Shown here: positions 56,601 through 64,000 of the stretch, in pieces | How the letters are laid out: the number at the start of each line of letters is the position of its first letter | Position numbering within the stretch: position 1 is the first letter of the stretch | NCBI RefSeq assembly: GCF_026210795.1 | Contig: NC_089429.1 | Span: 3,968,001 to 4,032,000 of the forward strand | DNA from: Rhizophagus irregularis | Taxonomy: Eukaryota | Reading direction: 5' to 3' | Length of the DNA: 64,000 bases | Notes under the pieces: model-generated | Database searches by the model: none | Told to the model about the DNA's origin: nothing | What the model saw: only the letters and a program-made list of their open reading frames with translations | Program-made: the position numbers and the translations under genes

Positions 56601-59272
56601 GCATGCAAGTCACTCACCTCTCCGAATCTGAATGTGCCTCGGCAACCAGTAGTATTCGTTCCATGGTTAAACATAAGGCCAATTTTTCACGTGTACTCCC
56701 AGATTCTATTTTGTTTTTATCTCAAGGCTTGGGATTGATTAATTTATTTTTTCACCAATCACAAACACATTTAACTAATTTATTTTTATTAGCTAATTCT
56801 TCTTCTTCTTTTATGAAAAATTTATTTTTCTATAGATTACGTTTAATTCAATTTTCTTTTTTGATTCTTATTTCTCCGTTGTTAGTTAAAGATTGGACTA
56901 TATGGTCTAAACTTTTGCTTTTAAGCAGGATTATATCGCTTGCACTATTGCTCTCCTGACTGCCACTCCTTTCAAGTTGTCGTATTCTCCACTTTCAGCT
57001 TTGCCTAACCTTACTATATCCGATGGTCATACGCCTTTATTTGAAATAATGACCCCAAAGATTTTTATCTCTTACTTCCGACGTCTAAGAAGTCTGCAAC
57101 TCTATTACCTATCTCAATTTATCACGCCTCAAGGAACCCATATGATCACTTGGAATGTTTATCTTTCCAGCTTATCAAGTAGGAAAGGTCATCGAGTCCT
57201 CCCGCATAAGTGGTTCAATGACATTCATCAAAATGTCACCGTTCCAAATTCCAATTCTCTACTCTTGGATCAATTCTCTTCCGAAGCCGTTCCTTCAGGC
57301 GTTGATTTGGTTCCTGCCTTTGGTTCCTCTAGAAAATCCATGAAATGGATCGTGTCTTTGGACGAAGATGGTTCCCCCTTTATTTGGAAAACAGCTCGGC
57401 AAACAACAATATTCTTGCAAGATTGTCCATTGGACTTCTGATTGTGTGACTCGACCTAATGATGTTATCACGCTCACTCCTTGTCCTGGTTGTTCTAAAC
57501 ATATACCGGTTACCCATACTAAAAGTAATCCTACAGATGTTACTCCTTTATGTATCATCCCAAAACTTTCTCCTCTTAGATCTTTAATTCTCCCGACAAC
57601 GCAGGAGCGTATTAGACATGATACCTCTACTATTACTTCTCCTTTCACTTGGGCGGACCTTGATGAAACTGTAAGATCATATTATGGTCGTTTGGACACT
57701 CAACCTAATTTTTCACAAGTAGAGATGGTTACTCCTCTCCTACTCTTTCTTCTTCCTCTTTGGGCTCGGCTGCTTCTCTCGCTTTTGCTGCCTCACCGTT
57801 AGCGACTCCTCCTAATAACCATTATTGTTTTTATACTGATGGTTCTTTAATTAACCTTGGCACTCCTGATGTTTCTATGGGTTGGTCTTGGGTTCAAGTC
57901 CTCGATGGCGCTGGTTTTTTCCAATCTATCGCTGCTTACGCTCATGGAATTATTCGTAACTGGCCTTCCTCTACGAAGGCTGAAATTGCCGCTATACATG
58001 CTGCTCTTACAGTCACTCCTCCCTTCTCAACGGTCGACTATTTATACTGACTCTCAATCTGCCATAGATGGTCTTCGTCTATGTGCTACCTTTTCTTATT
58101 CCAATAGTAGGCTCTATTACAAGACCACCAATTTTGAACTTTGGGCTATTATTGAACGTCTCATTTTCTCTAAATCTTTATCTGTCACGGCTGTTAAAGT
58201 GAAAGGTCACTCTGGTAATTTCTACAATGACTACGCGGACTCATTGGCCAATTCTGCGCATACTTCCTCTTCAGCAGTTCTTCTTTCTGATTTGGATCAA
58301 GTATCTCCTCACGATTTCTTATTAAAATATGATGATATTTTATGCGAATCCAACCCACGACGCCTATTCAAGCAATATTCGCAAATGCTGTGGATGCATA
58401 GACTAACGCGTTTATCACGTTTTAATTTCACCATTGATTTATCTTTTACTTCAGATTTCGTGATTGATTGGGATCTTACCTGGTTTTCGCTCAATTCTGA
58501 ACCTCAACATGATGCCTCTTTTACTCGAGCTCATGCTTCCTCTCATCGCACCTTCAAATTCAAACTCTTTTTGGAAGATTTGCCTACTTTGGAACATCTT
58601 AAAAGAATTCGCCCGGACTTGTATATCGACATTTTATCATGTCGTTCATGTCTCGACTCCAAGGAAGATTTCATGCACCTTTTTATGTGCAAATGTAGAC
58701 GAATCGCTATGGAACAGATTCTCCTCTCCTACCAACATCATTTTATCACCAAACTTCAAGAAGCTGGTGATCTCGTTAAGAAAGATCCCTCTTTACTTAT
58801 TAACAAATTTAAATCTCTTCCTTGTTGGTCCTTTTCTTCTTCAAATTGGACTTCATATAGCCTTGTCCGTGGCTGCCTTCCGAAATCCTTTGTTGAAATT
58901 TTTGAAGAACTTTCTATCCCACGTAATTCTGCGATGAAGGTTATCTCTGCCATCCACAATCACTTTATCCAAAAGATCAGAAAACGAATTTGGCTACCGC
59001 GTTCCTATGACAAATCTAAATGGGAAAATGCGATGAACATCACTCAAAAACTTAAACTTTCTCGGCCTTCAAATTTGCCAAAGTCTACGTACTTACCTTT
59101 CTCAACTTTACCTCCTCCGACCCTTTCCGACGCCGCACGTGACTCCGACGTTGATTATTTAAAGAACTCGATGAAATATGGTTTGCCTTGGTTTAATCAC
59201 TATTCGGGTTTTATGGGTCGTCTAACGGTGCAACTTACTAACAGCTTTAGCAGGGTGGTGTGTCGATTTTAA
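53650..59272 (+). pseudogene. LINE ORF2 (APE, RT, RNase H, Zn finger), few frameshifts
   Basis: FNVNGL, CGDFN, RIDY, SDH; KAFDSV, GIDQGEVISP, FMDD, RFLG; YTDGS, YTDSQ, KGHSG; CRSC...H..C. Confidence 0.92.
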
Positions 59273-59626
59273 TAATGGGCGCATTGTTCGTTGGTTTGCT
59301 TGCATAGTTGCTTCTTCTTAGGTTGGAATATATCTAGGCGGGGGATCAGGATAGTTTTAGTGTTATGCGATTTTTTCCTTTCTGAATTAATTTTATAGCT
59401 TTATTACTGTTTTGGAGACTATATAGTTTTATTTTTAGTTAATTTTATTTTTCTTTTTTGTACTTTGAAAATTTTATTTTATTTTTTTGTAAGTTCGTTA
59501 AATAATTTTAATAAAGATAAAGGCTACTATGCCATATTTGCCTTGACAAGGACTGATGACGATGTCACTTGGTTATTGTAAATTGAAGATAACAATTAGG
59601 TATGTAGACACGTACAGAAAAAAGAC

Positions 59627-60211
59627 ATGTCATACCCTTATATAACTAATCCTATAACCGGACGTCCAATCCGTGTTGGTGGAGATACCTTTAATCGAAT
59701 AGTTATGGAATCCCATGATTATATCGATGGAAGGCTTGTCCGTAGACAAACCGTACCGCCTCCACCCCAGGAACAACCTGTATATTTAAATACAGATACA
59801 GGACGCTATATTCAACACGGTACTAGAACGTATCATAGACTGGTTGAGAGTGACTACGAGGTAGTTGAGGACTACTACCTTGTTCATTCTGAAGAGGAGG
59901 AGCTTATAGATGAAATCATCAATGAAACACGCTATAATGAGGAAAATCTTGATGGCCAGCGGTTAACTTTCAATAATATACAACAAATCAGAGCCGCTAT
60001 TCAAGCTGACCAAGATGAATATGATGATTTTATCTTACAGCAGAATACGACTAACGGGACACCTTCCTCCGGTCCTTCCGGTCATCCACGAACTTTGGAG
60101 GACCATGCCCCGAGACTTGCAGAGCTTAATATTGAGTTGTGTAGGGAATGTCTCATGCCTGTAAGCCCAAGTGACTTAACGGACAAGTTGTGCAAGGACT
60201 GCGCTTCCTAA
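59627..60211 (+). CDS. Protein with two 2-cysteine-adaptor-like repeats and a C-terminal C4 zinc ribbon
   Basis: NPITGRPIRVGGDTFNRI and NTDTGRYIQHGTRTYHRL; CREC...CKDC; AATTGAAGAT at 59581. Confidence 0.65.
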   Translation: MSYPYITNPITGRPIRVGGDTFNRIVMESHDYIDGRLVRRQTVPPPPQEQPVYLNTDTGRYIQHGTRTYHRLVESDYEVVEDYYLVHSEEEELIDEIINETRYNEENLDGQRLTFNNIQQIRAAIQADQDEYDDFILQQNTTNGTPSSGPSGHPRTLEDHAPRLAELNIELCRECLMPVSPSDLTDKLCKDCAS

Positions 60212-60372
60212 TGGTGAGTCCTCCGGTCCTCTGGTCTTCCGGTCTTTCCAACGGTTGATCCCTTAATGCCAGTTATTTTTTTTTTATACAAATGACAGGT
60301 ATTTAAAGATAACAATATATAAAAAAGATTGTGAAGGATACTAAGTGAGCGAATAATCAAAGAAAGATAGCC

Positions 60373-60924
60373 ATGTCAACATCAATCGTAATAAACCAGT
60401 GTCAGAACTGTGGAGTATTCTCTGCAAAAGCGGCATATAGAGGATTATCCAGCGTGTTGTATAGACAGATTATAAAGAAGATTGGTGACGAGAGTGAACC
60501 TTTACAAGCCTTGGGACTTGCCAGGGATAAGTTGGTCCAGATTATCCGTCGGGCAAGTAATGCGGATTTTACGCAATTATTCACACAAAGACTAGATATG
60601 AAAATTATGGACGGAGATTCATACGAGGATACTAGGAAGTGGCTTCTTGAACAGCTTATAGCCATTGGATGTGACAGTGGGGAAATTGCCTTATATCAGT
60701 TCTTACGGAATATATACCCGGATGGTATTGACGAACCCTTTACTACATTCTATGAGAACTATGTAAATCATGTAAGAAATCCGATGACTAAGAACTTTGC
60801 TTCTCGAGCCTTAGGAGCTATTGGATTAAAAGCTAGGATGCTACGGATTGACTTCGAAGGACGTAAAAAAAGCGCCATGATTCTTAGGGCTTCTGCGGAA
60901 GAACTTCGTGAGATGGGTTGCTAA
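60373..60924 (+). CDS. Protein with a C-terminal winged helix paralogous to the helicase wHTH
   Basis: QFLRNIY..D.PFTTFYENY...PMTKNFASRAL aligns by eye with QFIKDTY..D.PVQEFYRVY...PLSKINASRIL. Confidence 0.65.
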   Translation: MSTSIVINQCQNCGVFSAKAAYRGLSSVLYRQIIKKIGDESEPLQALGLARDKLVQIIRRASNADFTQLFTQRLDMKIMDGDSYEDTRKWLLEQLIAIGCDSGEIALYQFLRNIYPDGIDEPFTTFYENYVNHVRNPMTKNFASRALGAIGLKARMLRIDFEGRKKSAMILRASAEELREMGC

Positions 60925-61301
60925 AGCAACCAGATTCTTACAAAATACTATTGATCCCTACTCGTAATGCTCGACGGTCCATATGACCCTTAGAAAAGAT
61001 CTGTAAAAGGACCCCGATGCCTTCTATTATTTTTTTATTATCCAAAGGGTGACTAGACTTTAGGACTTCATATCGGAAGAATAACTCCTTTACGGTCTCA
61101 GATTTTGGAATTTCAGTCTTCGCGGTCCTATCCCGTACTTTTGCTAAGAATTTTTGGAAGTCTGATCAGGGTTTTACCAGATAGTCCGTAGGCTTCCCGA
61201 AAGACGTACTTAATCCAGGTATCTGCGTTCTTAGCTATAATACCAGATACGAGGAGGTGTTTTCTCTCTTTAGGCGATGGATATTCCCGAGCGAAACTCA
61301 A

Positions 61302-62126
61302 TTAGCTGGGAGGACTTTTTGCTTCAGCTACAGCTTTCTGGCCATAAGGACTAAACTTTGATCGAACTGGGTTCAAACTCGGATCGAACGGGGATTGAAC
61401 TGAGTTCGAACTAGGATTGAACTGAGATTGATCAGTGATCGAACTGAGACTAGTATCCCATCTAACCCGAATAGATAACGGATCGCTCTTGGATCTTCTA
61501 AGATCAAATACTATAAATTCGCGTTGTAGAGTAAGGTCATCGATTACTGGAGCTAGTGACTCCGATTCTTCTGTATACTGGCGGATGATCCTCTTAGTAT
61601 CGGTCAAACTTCCGTGACCTCCATGTAGGGAAATATAATTCACATTTTCACGAATAGCCTTGGGAATGGTAAAGAATCTTTGGGCCACATAGATACACGA
61701 GATATTTTTGTGACGCCCGTGTGTAAAAAATCCAGTGATGAGATCCTGGGTTTTTTTAGGCGCATCCATCAAATCCTCGAAGATTACCACAGTAGCCTGG
61801 GTGGAGTTGAAGTCCTTAACATTTGGAATCTCACTATGGGATACTGCGGTAAACGGAATTTCTTCTTCTTTGAAAAAATCACGTACGACTGCCCACTTCG
61901 GTTCATCGAGGTATCTGCCAACTAGAATTACCGCATCACATAATATGTACCTTTCGCCATCCTCCTTTGCCTTCTTGTCTCCCATTAACAAATTAATAAT
62001 CATAGTTGTCTTACCCGAGTCAGAACTTCCTGCTACGGCAAGACGGAAAGGCCATGATGGGGCAAACTCATTACCCTGTCTCGAGTCGGTCGTGTACTCG
62101 TCCAAATTGTATACATAAAGATCCAT
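61302..62126 (-). CDS. A32-like (FtsK/HerA) genome-packaging ATPase; C-terminus probably extends to about 61050 through frameshifts
   Basis: Walker A GSSDSGKT, Walker B VVIFED, A32-type GRHKNISCIYVAQ....PKAIREN. Confidence 0.88.
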   Translation of the reverse strand: MDLYVYNLDEYTTDSRQGNEFAPSWPFRLAVAGSSDSGKTTMIINLLMGDKKAKEDGERYILCDAVILVGRYLDEPKWAVVRDFFKEEEIPFTAVSHSEIPNVKDFNSTQATVVIFEDLMDAPKKTQDLITGFFTHGRHKNISCIYVAQRFFTIPKAIRENVNYISLHGGHGSLTDTKRIIRQYTEESESLAPVIDDLTLQREFIVFDLRRSKSDPLSIRVRWDTSLSSITDQSQFNPSSNSVQSPFDPSLNPVRSKFSPYGQKAVAEAKSPPS

Positions 62127-62157
62127 TTGAATTTTATTCTATCTTAGTTTAAATACG

Positions 62158-62862
62158 ATGTCGACACCAATTGCAATTTATACTCCTTCAGAGCCTACTG
62201 GACCGCCTCCTAGGGATTTGCGTGATATGAATAATATACCATTAGTTGCGGTAATTAAGGATCTAACAGATTTTTTAACTGTCAGTGATCGCATGGTTGT
62301 TAATCGAGATGTACAAAATGCAAACCATCGTCTTAAACATGCTCTTAATTTATTAATTCATCGCTGTAGAGAAACATACGAAGAACGCGATATATTAAAA
62401 GCAGAACGTGATCGATCTCGAAAAGAACGTGATGAATTACAAGATGAACTCGAGGTTCAAACGGGTTTGTTAGGTCTTACACAAGATGAGCTAAATAACG
62501 TACAAGATACTATTACTAGTTTAGAAGCTAATTTGGCTGAATTGGAACATGAGTTTGGTGGTATGCGGACGACTAATCGTCGTCTTCAGCAGCAATATAA
62601 TCTTATGAGAGGAGAACGTAATAGAGCTATAGGTGAACGTAATAGAGCTATAGGCGAGCGTGATGTGGCACGAAATCGGCTTGTATATGCCAATAATCGG
62701 GTTCTTTTTGGAATTCGGACATTGGGACGTCTTAGGAATCGACTTTTCCAACAAATAGCCGCTCTGCGTATCCAAGTACAATGGTTTCGGATTAGACAAT
62801 TGAACCCTCCTCCACCTCCTCTCAACCATCCACAAAATACGATATGGCTGCCGTTGGTATAG
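62158..62862 (+). CDS. Coiled-coil protein, probable N-terminal part of the Gag-like gene
   Basis: Heptad-rich ORF with RNRAIGE repeats ending in poly-Pro; overlaps the next ORF by 19 nt. Confidence 0.65.
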   Translation: MSTPIAIYTPSEPTGPPPRDLRDMNNIPLVAVIKDLTDFLTVSDRMVVNRDVQNANHRLKHALNLLIHRCRETYEERDILKAERDRSRKERDELQDELEVQTGLLGLTQDELNNVQDTITSLEANLAELEHEFGGMRTTNRRLQQQYNLMRGERNRAIGERNRAIGERDVARNRLVYANNRVLFGIRTLGRLRNRLFQQIAALRIQVQWFRIRQLNPPPPPLNHPQNTIWLPLV

Positions 62863-64000
62863 CTGCCCCCATATTTCATGGTCGGGAAGATGAAGATCTT
62901 AATCTTTTTATTGATAACTTTTTAGGGTATATTAATACCGTTGGTATTGATCCATTGGACGATGCCGGTGCGCCTCCGGGTCGGGTGCGAGCAATGGGGG
63001 TTCTTCGTAGCTGTATGAGAGATGAAGCGGCGAGGTGGTTTGATGCAGAACTTACTGGAAAAAATTGGGAACTCTCGAATATTCGGTTAGTGGCTACTGC
63101 AAATGGTGGAGCCGGTGCTACTCGCCGAGCGTTCAGAGCTTTAGCTGTTCCTGAGGTTGCTAATGGATTACATGTTGTACTACTTACTCCCGGGTCTGAT
63201 GCTGATGTATATTCAAGGGTTGCAGGTAATGCGGCGAGAACCGTTGGAGAAACATTTTTCCCATCACGCGCTGATATCGTTAGAACGAATTTTAAAGTTG
63301 AAGAGCAGTGGAGGCGTGCGGGCGGACGTCCTACTCATCAACCCGTTAATGGGTTGGGAGATCATGGAGGTCCATTCAATGCTGCTGCCCAGAATCAACC
63401 GATAGTCTTACAGGGGATTCTCCTGGATCAAGCATTTATGCATATGCGCACAAATTTTCCAACCGTCGTGGAAGAAAGACTTCAAATACGATTTAGTAAC
63501 CTTTACCAGGAACAAGGTGAACCTGTTCGATCTTACTATAAGCGAGTTGAGAGGGCTGGGGATATTGTAGGATATAATCGAATTATGGTTACTGACCAGT
63601 TCTATAGAGGACTTTTGCCGGAAAACGTTATTGAAGCTTCCAGAATCGGGGCGGCACCTCTTAATATATTAATCGATAGATTGAGTGATCTTGAGCGACG
63701 AAAGGGCGAAATGTTCTATGGATTACAAAGGCGTCAGGGTATTGAAAAAGCTAAAAAAGAGGAATTGGCTGGCTATACTCATCCCGTGACTCCACATGAA
63801 GGTGCTGTAATACAAAGGTCAACAGACGTTATTACTCAAGAACGATTACAAGAATTGCTCCAGCCGCAGCCGAGGAACTTACCAAGAACTTCCAGGCACA
63901 ATTTAAACAATTACAAGCATCTAAGCCAGTTCGTAAACCACCGGTCTATAGACAACAGATTAAACCTATTCGGCCGAAGCCACGGCCACGCGTTGTTCAG
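62844..64000 (+). CDS. Retrotransposon Gag capsid-like protein (open to the window end; not in the ORF track)
   Basis: Manual translation has no stop: APIFHGREDEDLNLFIDNF, LRSCMRDEAARWFD, MHR-like LYQEQGEPVRSYYKRV, DQFYRGL. Confidence 0.75.
   Translation, partial: MAAVGIAAPIFHGREDEDLNLFIDNFLGYINTVGIDPLDDAGAPPGRVRAMGVLRSCMRDEAARWFDAELTGKNWELSNIRLVATANGGAGATRRAFRALAVPEVANGLHVVLLTPGSDADVYSRVAGNAARTVGETFFPSRADIVRTNFKVEEQWRRAGGRPTHQPVNGLGDHGGPFNAAAQNQPIVLQGILLDQAFMHMRTNFPTVVEERLQIRFSNLYQEQGEPVRSYYKRVERAGDIVGYNRIMVTDQFYRGLLPENVIEASRIGAAPLNILIDRLSDLERRKGEMFYGLQRRQGIEKAKKEELAGYTHPVTPHEGAVIQRSTDVITQERLQELLQPQPRNLPRTSRHNLNNYKHLSQFVNHRSIDNRLNLFGRSHGHALF

Larger units (their letters stand above)
51371..59542 (+). 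mobile_element. Full-length non-LTR retrotransposon inserted in the virus-like element
   Basis: 15-bp TSD TTGACAAGGACTGAT at 51356-51370 and 59543-59557; ORF1 and ORF2 lie between. Confidence 0.92.
44253..64000. mobile_element. Endogenous Polinton/PLV-like DNA virus element (right end outside the window)
   Basis: Abrupt shift to GC-richer, intronless, compact genes; SF3 helicase, pPolB-like polymerase and A32 ATPase; starts AGTAGAGT; left boundary inferred. Confidence 0.8.

Noticed and set aside
51371..59542. RT as an integral gene of the virus-like element (retron/DGR-like pairing)
   Set aside because: It has the APE-RT-RNase H LINE architecture and is bounded by a perfect TSD, so it is a secondary insertion.

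Overview
Very AT-rich eukaryotic DNA with short GT-AG introns and dense transposon content; this is most consistent with a glomeromycotan (arbuscular mycorrhizal, Rhizophagus-like) fungus, which is an inference. Bases 1-44.2 kb hold nested MITEs, AT-rich satellites, three non-LTR retrotransposon copies, a disrupted CACTA/Plavaka-like transposase region and one intact-looking host gene (MLKL-like helical bundle + pseudokinase + Sel1 repeats). From about 44,253 to the window end there is a GC-richer, intronless, virus-like (Polinton/PLV-like) element. It carries an iteron-rich putative origin, an SF3/D5-like helicase with a winged helix, a putative vOTU-fused protein-primed PolB with a reduced exonuclease region, IQ, F-box and 2C-adaptor-like accessory genes, a stand-alone copy of the helicase winged helix, and an A32-type packaging ATPase. 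The ATPase sits head-to-head, 31 bp apart, with an LTR-less retrotransposon Gag-capsid-like gene. The element's genes share an upstream AATTGAAGAT-like motif and a downstream TATTTTTT tract. A full-length LINE with a 15-bp TSD is inserted in it. No integrase or jelly-roll capsid is recognisable in the window, and the element runs off the right edge. Many single-base frameshifts may be assembly errors or decay. All family assignments come from motifs read by eye, not from database searches.
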